From Tubiluchus corallicola (taxonomy: Eukaryota > Animalia > Priapulida): a stretch of DNA of 64,000 nt. The notes beneath the pieces were generated by a model. That model saw only the letters and a list, made by a program, of their open reading frames with translations, was not told where the DNA came from and searched no databases. Where the stretch lies: NCBI GenBank assembly GCA_030141605.1, contig JAQGDQ010000964.1:1-64000 (forward strand), read 5' to 3'. Below are positions 26,687 to 40,300 of the stretch, piece by piece. Position numbers and translations under genes: made by a program. The number at the start of each line of letters is the position of its first letter. Positions within the stretch are counted from its first letter, which is position 1.

Positions 26687-29119
26687 AATCTGAGTAAAAG
26701 GCACAGTTGTGCACAACAGGGGTGAGAAAGATACAGAGAGACAAATCAACAAACAAAAGTAAGCTGGTTGCTGTCTGCCAAGGATAACTGTTTGACTAGT
26801 TAACTTACTGACTAATAATGACTGCCTAACTAATTAATTATAACTAAATGAGTAACTAACATGTTGTTCACATGACCGTAATGTGTTAGTTTACAGTACA
26901 CTAAGTTGCAAATAGATATTGAACGCTAACAGCTACCGAATCGTCATTTTAAATGTGCAGACATTTGATCTAAATTTAGAATGACAATTATGCTTAAACT
27001 AAGAAAACTAGATCATAACTTATAGTAATATTAAATACTGCACATCATGTATACTGTATCAACATAAAAAGAAGTAAAAACACCAAAAAAATGTTCTAGT
27101 GGTAACTGTGTACTATTTTCACTTCTTGTAAGACGTAATACTTTGTTGAATCAAACTGACTTTCTGCATAGCCTAGACAATCTTAAAAATGAGGCTAATT
27201 ATGGCCGAGTTTCTCCAGTTCTTTAGTTTGACATATCATTCGATGTTGTTATTATTCTCGCAGTTGCTGATTAAAACTTGACAACGAAAAATACTTTATA
27301 TGTGTCAGAAACTGTATCTATGGCGTAACAATGGAGAAGCTATTATGAAGAGCAATTGTCTGAAAGTGTTTATTTCAGCTAGAAAACAATATGAGCGGCT
27401 TAACAATGACCCATCATCAGATCTTTGGAACTAAGAGAAACTCACAAATTCCATAGAGACAACTAACATTTTGTTTTCCATGACACGTAGTATTTACTTT
27501 TTATCGACGCACGAGAAATCTTTGCCCTTTGTGAAAAACAAAACGTCACTGAATCCTGTGCTCTCCAAGTCGGATGTGACCATGCGGGCAACGTAAACAT
27601 TTAGTTTTAACTGCAGATTTGCTATATTAAAGAATTATCTAAATTTTCATGCATTCTTTTTGGTATTAGAACATGTGAACTTATTATACGCGCCAACATT
27701 TGTTGGACATTTCTCTAGTTCCTAGAATTAATCAAACTTAATGTGCCACTGGTGTTCAAAAAAATTCGCATTTCATAATAGATCAAAATTTTGTGAACTT
27801 AGCTCTTCGCTGTTTCATTTTGCATAATATCTAATGAAGATATTTACCATACCGGTTACAAAAACTTGTCTCTTATTGCTACGAATGAAATTACTGTTGT
27901 ATTTTACCAAACAGCGGCTCAAAACATTAAAAATTGTAGACGTATAGTATATTGTAAACGAATTCAGGTAAAAAATCACAGACAAAAAGGTCACAGAAGA
28001 AAACGAACAATGAAAACAAATCAGCCTAACCCAATCCCTCATCCTAATCCTAAGTCTGACTTTAACCCTAACCCTAACCACTGACTTAACCGTAATTATA
28101 GCCAAAATTGATTGTAATTTATTCTTCCTGAGTTTTTTTGCAAGCCAAAATCGTGACTTTTTCCTGTGACAAATTTATCTCTGAGCTATTGCCTCGATTC
28201 GTTCAGAACATACTGTACGCTTACAATTTTTAATGTTTTGTGTTGCTCTTTAATAAATTTGTAAACATACTCATGTTATGAGTTAGCACGCCTGGTTTTG
28301 TTGATCATGAACATTAATGCTGTAATTAATGTATGTATAATAATGAGTATTAAAAATCGTATTGTATCTACGGTGTTTCATTTGGCGTGTTTTAACAGGA
28401 ATTTCTTCAACAGATCTACAGGTTCGTCCAGAAAAAGTCCTCAAATGAACTCGTGCATACAAATCTATAGTCGGTTTTAACCACTTATAGTTGGTTTTAA
28501 CAAAAAAAAATCAGCACAAGTGCTAGTCTTCACCGACAATAAAATACATTAAAATACAGATAACAAAACTAATATACAAAAATAATAAAAATAAAAATGA
28601 ATGATATAGTAAATGAAATGATGAAACGGAAGTACAGTTATTTTGAAATCTACATTGAAGTTGAGGTGCAGGCTAAACAATGAAAAACATAATCTTGAGA
28701 AAAGCGCTGTTAAAGTCAGCCATTGTTCTTTGTCGCACACACAGCACACATAGCCACACAAGCCAATCTGCTTTATCTGTTTAAAGTGCCATTTTATAGT
28801 GTTATTTCAGATTGATTTTCTCATTGTATGTTTATTTGGTCCCTAGATATCTTGTTACAAATTTAATTAAAAGGGTGACTGATTTGCTAACCTCTAGGGT
28901 TTTTTCGCCACCCTTTTTCTATTGCTAACAATTTATTTTTGCTATGTAATTGTTTTTGCGTGTATTACAAGAGATAAATAAAATTATCAATCTATCTGTT
29001 GTGTTTCTGTAAAGCATGTAGCAACCGTACAAATATTGGTTACGGATTTTGCGAGAAAATATTGAAGTTATGGTTAAATCCAGTAGATGGCTCTTCCTTA
29101 TAAAAATCTGGGCTTAGAA

Positions 29120-29605
29120 ACCGTTTTACATTATTATGATATATTATGACTCCATTATGCTTTCGCTTGCTTAAGTCTAAGAATTATGCTTGTGTTATAA
29201 AGTAAATTTCAGTTGCCATTGTTATTATGTTTCCGTTGTCAGATTTTTATTTCAGTTCTTGTTTCAGTTTTTATTTCAGTTCAGTTTTATTTCAGTCATT
29301 TTCAGTTTGATTTTTTTTATTATGCACCTATTACATGTATTACTGTGTATGAATTGTACTAACACGTTATAAGCATATCAATTTATTTAATGTCATTCGT
29401 AACAATTAAATTTTTATTATAAGCAGTACTAACACTAATACACTGTAGCATAGCGCCTATAAAATGTTCACCACTAACCAAAGGGCAGCTGACTAGATGA
29501 CCAATTGGTCTTTCGCTGCCCTTTCTTCACATTTTTGTTTCCAAATTAATTGTATTATAACTGTGCGTGTGTTACAAGATAAATAAAAATATTATTATTA
29601 TTATT
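29120..29605 (+). mobile_element. Retroelement-like 3' tail; inverted copy at about 61650-62040
   Basis: Colinear reverse-complement match; ends in AATAAA plus a (TTA)n tail. Confidence 0.6.
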
Positions 29606-29849
29606 GGTAACAGAAAAAACCCGAAGCAAAATGACTGCTTTAACGAGCTATTGTCGAAGTTTGAAAATGGGAATTTTTACCATTGGCAGTGCTAGTTTCT
29701 AGTCAGAGAAGTGAGTACAGAATGATTAAATTTTTAGCATTTTTGAACATTTTCTTGATAACTTGACGCTACAATATTAAAAGTGCAATACATTTATTTG
29801 GTATTTGTTTTTATAAAAAATATAAAAAATTACATTTGACCAAATTCTT

Positions 29850-30110
29850 GGCGCACTCTACTTTGAAGCATCAGGCCTCTGTGCAATACATTTATATCTG
29901 CTTCCTGCATTGTAGTTAAGCCCCACATTTCACTGTTGTACATGGAGATACTAGTTAGGTAGATACTGAAGAGTCGGTGGTTTGCTTTGAGGGATAGTTT
30001 CTTGTTGATTAGAATTGATTTAGTTTGTATGAAACCGTACATTGCCAAGTGTGCCCGATTTTCCATATCATCTTCTGTGTTAAGGATAGATCTCCATCCC
30101 GTGATATGTT
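29850..30110 (-). mobile_element. Degraded RTE-like LINE ORF fragment
   Basis: Peptide RLFSIYLTSISMYNSEMWGLT...INVLHR resembles the post-RT region of RTE-clade elements. Confidence 0.55.
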
Positions 30111-30246
30111 TTTGTAGTGTTAACTTTGCAATTTCTTTTCTCTAGTGATTTAGTCATTCTTTTTTCACGACATCTGTGCAGAATTTTGACATACTTATCT
30201 AATAATTGCTTTACCAATCGTGATATTTCTCATTGGTTAAGCTGAC

Positions 30247-30284
30247 TAGAGTACCTATATGTTGTTTAATATATAGGTACTCTA
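30247..30284. mobile_element. 38-bp minimal inverted-repeat insertion with an 8-bp TSD
   Basis: TAGAGTACCTATAT-10 nt-ATATAGGTACTCTA flanked by aagctgac on both sides. Confidence 0.6.
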
Positions 30285-33055
30285 AAGCTGACTATTCTGT
30301 AGTGCCATCTGTCGGTAAAGAGAGAAATTTTTTGCAATATAAATGACAATTTAACAGAGAACGTAGTTAGGATATTATTATTATTATTATTATAAACATT
30401 ATCAAGAATTTTTTTTATAAAAAACTTTGAAACTGATTAAATCACCTTCTCAACAGACCAAGATTTCTTAACTTTCAATTAGAGAATCATTCCTTCCCAC
30501 TAAATTTTTCTGATTGTAGCACAACTTGCTTAATCACTATGTTGGGAGCTAGTAGATTTTTATGGTGGGGCTGCAACTGTTTACCTCCCAACTCATCCAC
30601 AAATCTGACCAACTTGTTGCATCAAAACAAAAGGGTTGGGCAACATACATGGGCGGTTGTTGTTGTTGTTGTCCTGCAATTTCCCCGAGGGCAACAAGGC
30701 GTATGAACAAGAAAATCAACTTCACAGGTCTAAAAAATTAATGTCTTTTTTTAGAGAAAAGTTGCAATGTAGGAGGACTCACTTGAAAAACCAGTGGGTC
30801 TCAGGCTTGATGTTACGTTTTATGGGGGTCTACTTGGGCAATATGGTTTTCCACGTTGACAGTGACATACATAGCTTTCAAGCATTCCAACAATAAAATC
30901 TCATATGAAATGGAGGAAACATCATGATTACTTTTATTTACTTACTAGTTTGTTTAGATAAATCAGAACATCGTATTATCACAACTTTCAATAACGGTTA
31001 AGGTCAGTTTCTGGTCTTAACATGTAGGTGGCAGCACCTATGTGAATTTACTTGTAAAGTTGTAGATTATTTGGAGCATCACTAACACGCTTACAGAAGC
31101 CTCAGTAAACGTTTTCAATTATTTATAGTGTCTCTACCTGATTTGCTGTAAATGAGTATGGTGTTCCAAGAATGTTATTAAGTTGTTATAGCCGCACAAT
31201 GTGAGTAATATTTATTTTGTTTTGTCATAATAATTCTAATCTAATTATTAGATATTTGCACATTTATAAGCAGTGAAAGCAACCGAGTTTATTGTTTTCG
31301 TTATTTTTTTATTCAGAAATAAGGATTTCTGAGAAAACCATATGCTATGAGGGAAGTTATTTCCATGTTCCCATCACAATAACTGTTTACCAAAGGGCGG
31401 TTAACAATAACAAAAATGACAAAGTAATAAGAAAACAAAATGTCTACTTGTCAGTTAACCTTTCCCCTGAGAGGACAAGGACATGGACATGTGAGAGGAG
31501 TCCGCTGACATAGCTCGCTCTAGAGTCAGTTCACAGCAAAACATCAACAACTTCAGTCTATGACCATAATAATCAAAGGTGATGACGTCGACTGCAGCAC
31601 CAAATAAACATGAATTAAGGAATGGCTCACAAATCTTCCTGGTTGACTCAAGATATGTTCCCAATGTCTGGATACTGGTGGCTAGTCACACCTCTCTGTG
31701 CAGTTTAGAATTAGGCACATCGTAGAGAGTTCCAACATATCACCAGTGAGAATAAAGCTCCATCCACAACATCAAAATTGAAGTAGTTTGGTAACATCAC
31801 TGATAGTCTCTTTATGTTAGATCAGTCAAACAGCCGATGTGCACAAGTTAGTGTGATTCAGAGACTCTTATAACCAAGTTTAGGATTTTTAACCATTTTT
31901 TGTAAAATAAAGTTGAAGTTTCAAAGTTAAAACATTTTAGCTGCTTTATGATTCAGCGGTTCCACTGTACTGTCCTGGATATCTGTGTCATGCGCTTTCC
32001 ACGATCATGTTATGCATGGATAGGTTATAGCATATTATGAAACGAGGGATGATACACAGACTATACTCTAGTTTAGCTATGTGTAAAAACCTTACAAAGT
32101 GGATACGCCTATAGGAAAATTACATACAAGGAAAGAGAAATTACAGTACTTCTATGTTTAAGAATAAAGTTTTTTCATTTGAAACAAGTTGAAGAATCAA
32201 ATGAACGCACGAAAGCAATATGAAATTAGAAAGTCGGAAAAAGTTCACTCCACTGGGATTCGAACCCAGGCCTTCGAACTGCTTTTGCCTTTAACTGTAA
32301 CCGAGCAATTATGCACGAGAGCTATTCTCGGTTTAAATCATCTCTGGATGTATGTGACAAACTGACTAACCAAACTACAGTTTGCTAGCCCTAATGTTAT
32401 GTATTATACTGATATGATTCTGGTTTTTTTTCAAAATACGATTTTATAGGAACACCCAAAATTTTGTTGATATAATAATTATACAGTTATTTTAAAAATA
32501 AACATATTTCTTCATATTATAAAGCTTAAGGTAAAAAGAATAAAAAACTGACTTGCACTAAATTGCACTGATTTGTACATGCACTAAAAATTACAAAATA
32601 TATATGAAACTAACGAAAAAGCATCTCGGAAAATTTTTAGATAGACAAAATGTATTATACTCTATAAAGCTAATTTACAATTGCTTAAAATACTGAACAC
32701 TGACTAATTTCTACAGCTAAATCTTTTTGGTCTCCTATTTATAATAGTGGTAGTGATAGTAGTAGTGGTAGTGGTAGCGGCAGTGGCAACAGCAGCAGCA
32801 GTAGTAGTTTACTGACCTACAGCATACAGCAACTACATACCTTCCACTATGATCACAGATAATTAGGAAACATTTCAATTTTGCTGCATTCTTTACATTG
32901 TGGGTTATAATTGAACTTATTTTATTAGCAAAAAAATATATTCTACAATCAATAAAAGAATCGCCCTAAATGGAAAATTATCAAACAAATAACCAAGCCT
33001 ATCTATAATTCACTATTATCGGTTAAATTAGTATTACATCACAGACTATGGCTAC

Positions 33056-33395
33056 CAGGACCTATTTCAGCCTAAAAGAGGCCCGGGGAAGTGGGGCCCC
33101 CTGGGGGAAAATTTTCGTACTGCAAGAATGCTGGGGAAACATTTTTGAAGAGAAAATATGGAGTTATACAGTTGTTAAAGGAAAGAACAATTGAAAGAAA
33201 AACTGCTTTATTCCCAAGACCAGTCCTTAATACTTGTCAATACTGCGCGTGTGCGACAAGAGAGAGGAGGCAGTATGTTCGAATAAAGCAAAAAAATGTT
33301 TATGTTTTATGTTACCTTGGCGCGAGGCACCCTGGAGGGTGAGGCCCCGGGGAAGTATCTCCACTTCTCCCCCTCCCCCCCTGAAATAGGCCCTG
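33056..33395. mobile_element. hAT-type MITE
   Basis: TIRs CAGGACCTATTTCAG/CTGAAATAGGCCCTG; TSD atggctac/atgactac (7/8). Confidence 0.8.
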
Positions 33396-36245
33396 ATGAC
33401 TACAACCTATCTGAAATGCTCTAAAATTTTAAAACAAATAACAAAGCAGTTTTCATTGCCGAATAAATGCTTGTGAAACTCTTTGCTGCATACAGTAGTT
33501 ACAAGACCGGCTCTACCAGAAAGCTGCTCATGCTTGTGTCACCAAATTCTACATGTAATTCTGTAATTTTACATTTCGTCATAAATAATAATGTAGCAGC
33601 CTGTATGTGTAATTGTTTTGGTGCATAACACTTTAATATAATCCTCCTTTGTTCTTAGCTTATATTGTTTCCTTAGAGCAGCACAGCTAAGTAAGTTTTA
33701 ATAGATAATTCAGTTAACAGAAAGTTTCTTGCAATAGCATTTGTATAATTAATGCAAAATTAGAAGAAATTGAAGCTTTGTTGAGTCTAAAACAGGATAC
33801 AAAGGGTTAACAGGATTTAGGTGCAATCTAGAATTCCAGAGTTTTTTTTCACAGAAAACTTCACGAAGTCAAACTGGTACATACAACACAATTATGTTTG
33901 TTTATCAATTAAGCATCTATGCAGTAGCTTCTCAATAATCTTAGAAAGTATTGGCACAATTGATTCATTGGTAGTTAAAAAATAAGTTACATATTTAAAA
34001 TAAAATGAAATTAGTTATATATTATAGGTAAAAATCAATGATTTTTTTTATCAATCAATATAATCATTTTACTATTGCTATTAATGCAAAACTTTTATTC
34101 CTCTTGATGAGGGTTGGCTTGGCTAATTAAATTTATTAATGATTTGTGTTTTACTTTAAATAATTTATTGTATGCTTTCCCAAGCACCACACAATATTGT
34201 CATTACAATTATGATCACAACCTTGTGAGTATCTTAACGAACAATATATTCAGAAAATATAGTATCGTTACCACTTTGGAACATAACAATGTGCGCCAGT
34301 TAATAGAAAAGGCTTTTCACAATGTCTTAACTTAACTAAAATGTTTTATTGAACAAGAAACACGATAAAGTGTCCGAAGACAATTAAGAGATGAAGTTTC
34401 ACCAGCAAAAACTACGGAGCTCACAGCAATAAGGGAAATCAAATATGCGTCTAATTTCGCACACACCTTAATGCCAATTACATTGGCGATGGGATATTTT
34501 TTTTCAATATGAGTTCCATGTGCTTATAGTAGACAACTTAACTGCAGGAACTGAATTATTGTTGTACACGTAGCTTCGAAACAAATAGTATAAATAAAGA
34601 TTACACTCTACATACTTTAACGTTTTCAGTGTTTCAACAATTTTGCATAAAAACTAAGTTCAGCAATTCTTCTGGAGTATTTCATTAGGATCTGTTGTAT
34701 AGTTCTCTTATTGTTTGCAAATTTTTAGCTGTTTTTCTCTACAGTTTTGTTTCTGTAATGTACAGCCTGCATAAATTAGTTGAAGTAGTGAATTTTAATA
34801 ATCCAGTTTCACCATAAGAAGTTATCGTGAAACCTGTCTTGTATTCACTAATGTAAAACAAATCACATGTAGATGTTGTTATCATTAACAAATATTTATT
34901 TATCACCAAACAATTACATCAACTATAATATTCATTACAATAATTTAAGCTTACACAAGTCACAGTTAGTGAAATTTACAAACATAATAATACATAACAA
35001 GAATGATATAGAAACGTATTATAATATGTATTTATTTTTAACGTATTTACACAATAAATATTAATAATAAGAATTATTAATAATAAATTAATATAGCACC
35101 ACATAATTACGTTTTCTCTACTTTTTACTAAATTATTTTCATTGCTCAAACAAACAGTTTAGACAATAATAAAAACTAGAAATACAATTTGACATCTTTA
35201 ACTTTAATTTTAGCTATCTTTTACTACAAGTTAATTTAGTCGGGCACACTACACTATAATGTGAAATTATGGCAAGTTCCCCCCTATTCCGTGCTGAGGG
35301 ATATAGCTAAGCGGTCACAGTGTCTCTTAATGATCAAACTTATAGCAATACCAAGCCTGGTCACTAAATGGATGAATGTCTGCATGGAAAACTAAGCTCC
35401 ACGTTATTTAAATAGTTACCCTAGACATTTACTTGTTAAGAGAATATATGAGGCTGATTAAGACACTTCAATCATTTCAGTGCCTCACAATCATGCTACT
35501 AGAATAGCTCTGAGGTAGCAAATGGCAGGTTGCGGGTTCAATTCCCCCGAGTAATAACAAATACTTGAAACATGATAAATTTCTTTTTTTGTAATCAGTT
35601 TTCTGCAATGCAAATAAACTTTCCAAGTATTGATGATTCAAAACATCATAAACCAGTTTCTTTAGTAAAATTTACCTAGACAAATCGTGCTTAAAAGTCA
35701 AGAAAAAGACAGTAAAAATCAAGTTTCAGAAAACAAGCATTAAAAAGTTATATCACCTAAGTATAATCTTACATGAACAAAGTACTCACGTTTTCATCTT
35801 TACTCCAATTTTTGTAAAATATTTCAACCACTGCAGAAAATGTTGGTACAGACATGTTGTATTTAGTCCGCCAATAGAAAAGCCAGCATGTGACTGACCA
35901 CGTGACATGACATCACACGTACTACCCTCATATAGGCTCTTGTTTACAAACATTGGTAATGTTAACTTTTTAGCCGGTTGTAACATAGGCAAAACTTTTT
36001 GCATCACAAACCACTTTAAAGACCACTTTTCGTGTCCTTTATAGCAACTTGTGCATCAAATTTTTCTGTCTTCATCAAAAACTTCCAACAGTATTAAATA
36101 TTCAATGAAGGTGCTATCTATCACAGACGAAAACACAGAGTAACTGCTTAGTAACTTCATAAAAAATTTCAAAGTTAACTATTTTGTTAAACATAAAAAA
36201 CTGTTACAGATGAATTAATTGGGAGTGCAATAAAGCAACCTCAGA

Positions 36246-37324
36246 TCACAGCATGTCAAAATAATCATCAAAATCTACGTCAATATCGGAAGCTTGCACG
36301 CCATCTTGCCGCTTTTGTGTTCTCAACGACGGCAGGTAATTCTCGGCAATATAAGCAAATATATTGTACTCTGCGCTTTCGTACGTCTTAGTTTTCATAA
36401 CGGAGTGATACGCCGCGATGATAATGGCTTGAAAGAAGTGCATGACGTAAATCAAAGAGAAGCTGATGAACACGCAGAAGAAAATAGATCCCAGGTAACT
36501 CTGGGGTTCGGCAAGCATCTCCAGCTGCCCAACTCTAACAACGAGATTGAACAAGGTCATCATGGAGGCGAAGAAACCGTTAAAGTCTCTGTACTTGAAG
36601 CCGAACACGAGCATGCCGAATACGGCAAACGGTAACAAGTTTAACAAGAGCAGAATAAGGTAGTGACGAAGGGGCAACATCGACGTAGACAGACTGACAA
36701 AGTAACTGGACATCACACGGTTGAACATCATCATGCGAATAAGCTTTATCGCAATTATAAACACAAGAAACGCCAGGATGTATTTCAACGTAAAATCCCA
36801 AAAGGCGGCTTCGTAAAAGTTTAGAAACCGAGAATTCTTCTGCGCGGAGTATTTCTCTAGCAAGCGGTCAACGATGACCAGTCTTTTGATGAACAGAGCC
36901 ACGGCTGTGATGGACAAAATCAAGATACTGAGCTCGACGATGTTCTTAAAGCGAAAGAAGTAGGACAGCCGCTGTTTAAAAACTGCCTTCATCTCTCTGT
37001 AGGCGTAGAACAACATGAAAATGATAAACAAGATCTCGGCGCTCATGATAAACCACTCAACGACTTGCACGTAGCTGATGAGGTTGAGCGTGTAGATCGC
37101 ATAAGATGGGAATATCTTTCCCATTTGGCTGAACTCCAGTAGTAGTATGGCAATGCTGAAAAGATTCGTGTTGGAGTTGAATAAGGTAAATTCGATCATT
37201 ATCGCTCTTGTACGATCGTCTATCCAACGCGAGTCGATCAGCAAACCAGTGATGTCTTTGTTTACGACGATGTCCTCCGTAAACTCTCTCACGTAACCGC
37301 CGCCACTGTATAGCGCAAACTTGC
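36246..37324 (-). CDS. PKD1-like terminal exon (end of TOP domain, S2-S6, C-tail)
   Basis: Acceptor tttatttcag at 37325; phase 1; YSGGGY and WIDDRTRA motifs; stop at 36246. Confidence 0.93.
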
Positions 37325-40300
37325 CTGAAATAAACAACGTGAAAGGTTTCTCCTCTTGCAAAAACCACATTCAACTATGATTAGGGAAAATTTAACAAAA
37401 GAGAATACGGTGCCTTTACTCAGTAAGACCAGCCACTGTTGTAGCGTGCTATCAAAATAAAAGACTTACAAAAAAATTATGTAGTGCAAAGTAGAAAGTA
37501 AGCTCCAAAATTATCATTTTAATTCACATTTATTTCTAAAATTTACAATACCCCACACACAAGAAATTAGTTTGCAAAGCGGATTAGGATTCAAGTTGAG
37601 ATTAAGGTTAGGGTTAGTGTTAGGGTTACGATTAGGGCCTGGTTAGGGTTAATGTTGGTGCTGGGTTAGATTTAAGGTTAAGGTTAGGGTTACGATTAGG
37701 GCCTGGTTAGGGTTAGGGTTACGATTAGGGCCTGGTTAGGGTTAATGTTGGTGCTGGGTTAGATTTAAGATTTAAGCATTAAATTAGGTGGAGAATCGTA
37801 AACTCTTTCCCAACATTTTATGCCTAAATTTGTTCTACAGCTGCAATCGCCCGAGAAAATTGATATAACATTGGCGGCTCATAGCTAAAATTAGTGGCTT
37901 CAGAAAATTTTGAGTCGTTGTTTTAATACTGTGTAAAAATGAAACAAACGTAGGAAAATTTATACATAAACTTGATAAAATCCTAAACGAAAAAACGTTT
38001 TGCTCACGAATAGCCTAAATTGCCGCAATTCAAAAATATGCCAGTACACGGTTTATAAGCAAGTGACAACTGACAACGAACTGTGTGAGTGACAATACTT
38101 TCTCTACCTAGCAGCAAGTGCTAACAGTGCAGCGTACACCATGTTATCTCAGACATGGCCGCATGCGCACAACAGCCAAACACACCACTGTGCTGGGCTG
38201 TGAAGCAAACAGTACTACTCTCATGCGCTTCGGTTCCATACAAGTATAAAGAAAGAACTAAAAATGACTTATTATATTGAATATTATCGCTAACATTGAG
38301 TGAAAATTGGGGTGCTGCAGTTCCACAGTACCTATACACGAGCTGCCACTGTTCGATAAAAAATTACACGTCCCTATTTTGAGTTTTAACGAAACTGTTA
38401 GTAAAATCACAAGTACAAATATCAGTAACGTACTATTACTATTCAATTTATATAAAAAGGATAGCTGACTAGATGACTTCTTGGACTAGCTATCCTTTCT
38501 CCCCTTCACTTGCACTAATAATTATTAGGCCATATTTATCTATATATAGCTTGGTACTCTTGTTATAGACAGTGGCGTCGTGCCATAGGGGCCCGCCCCC
38601 CCCAATTTTTTTTAGAAAATGTCAAAAATTTGAAGGGTGTCAGCGGCTCGTAATGAGACCGGTAAGCAAATTTATTTCCGACTTTTTGACACGCGGCCAG
38701 CGCTCCATAAATGCGAACAGTATGAGCATGAGTATGTGTTTACCTGAAAGTCAGGATGTAGTTAATTTGTTTGCATGTAATCTATTTAGGAGGCAGGCAG
38801 GAACAGTTAACAAAGCAGCTCGTTGAGTAGCATTAGCGTCTTTGCACAAAAGACTGTTAGTTAACAAAACGGCTCAGTTAGCACTCGAGCTTCGTTCAGC
38901 AGTGTGTTATAATAGAGAATAAGTGAAATAATAGAGCAAAAACAATGTTTAAACAGTCGGCCCCCCAATTTTTTTTGGTGCACGACGCCCCTGGTTATAG
39001 ACTGGATGTGATTATTCTATATTTCGCAGTATGAGGGAGAAAAATTAATTCTAATTCAATTCAACTTTATTATCATATTAGATTCAATTTTGCTCTGTAT
39101 GCATAGATGCTTATACAGGATACCAGAATAGGGGAGTGTTAGCAACTGGAGTGTTGACTGAAATGTCCATTCATCCGGTGGAAAAGTCGGATAGAGCTGA
39201 GAACGCCATCCGGCTTTATAGGAACTTATGTCTTCCGCTGACCAGCTGTAAGATCCAGCACATCTTCTGCCAAACGGCTGCAGTAAATGGTGTATTGAGC
39301 ACAAGCCTGTAAAAGCATTACAATACAAATACAAAAAAGAATCAATACAAAAAAGTTAGCATTGAAAAGAACAAGAAAAATAAGAAAAAGCAAACATAAA
39401 TGAAAAAAGACAAAGGAAAAAGTTAGATGGCAGCATGTTCATAATACAGTAAACTCCGCGTAACTCAAAATGGCATAACTCAAATTTTCGCCTAACACAA
39501 ATAAAATTATAGTCCTTGTAATCAAAAATGCACTTTATACTCCAGAAAAATAAAAAGTTTCGTGCAACTCAAAAGCTGTTCAACAGTGTTGTTTACGTGT
39601 CCTTTTATAACATAAAAAAATCGTGTTGCACTCATAATTTATTATTCTTTATGTAATTGTCATCAAATTTCGTCGTTTATGCAATAGAATGGTTGACTTT
39701 TGCCTTCTATTTAGCTCGCCGTCTGGAGGAGGGGTTTAGAGTTTCTATGCTGGGAAATGGTCAACATCGCCTAACTCAAAGTTTTTTTCCGGTTCGGTTG
39801 GATTTGAGTTATGCGGAGTTTACGGTACCGTCGATATTTGCAAAAGTTCAATTGCAACATATTTTTATGAAACACTTCCTAAAGGTAATAAAAAAGATCT
39901 ACCATACCGCAAAAATTACTTGCAAATGTATAATATGTTGGGACAAACGGAAGCACGCTTGGACCAAGTAAAATTAATGGCTAGGGGTATTAAAAACCAG
40001 ATAAATAAGCAATATGCAATATCTTTAAAACGTAACTGCTTGAAAAGTAATCAATCTAACAATACTTCAAAAGTATTGCCATACAAATAAATGCAATTTT
40101 CTATTGTACAATTAAATGTACACTGTTTGCCATGAAACAGACCATAGAATTTCTACAGTAAACTCCGCATAATTCAAATCCAAAAAGACCCCAGCATAGA
40201 AACTCTAAACCCCTCCTTCAGACGGCGAGCTAAATAGAAGGCACAACCTCAACCCTTCTGTTGCATAACCGACAAGATTTCACGACAATTACATAAAGAT

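Noticed and set aside
35280-35560. 5S rRNA-like and tRNA B-box-like fragments (also near 32250)
   Set aside because: Too degenerate to be functional RNA genes; probably SINE relics and not confidently classifiable by eye.
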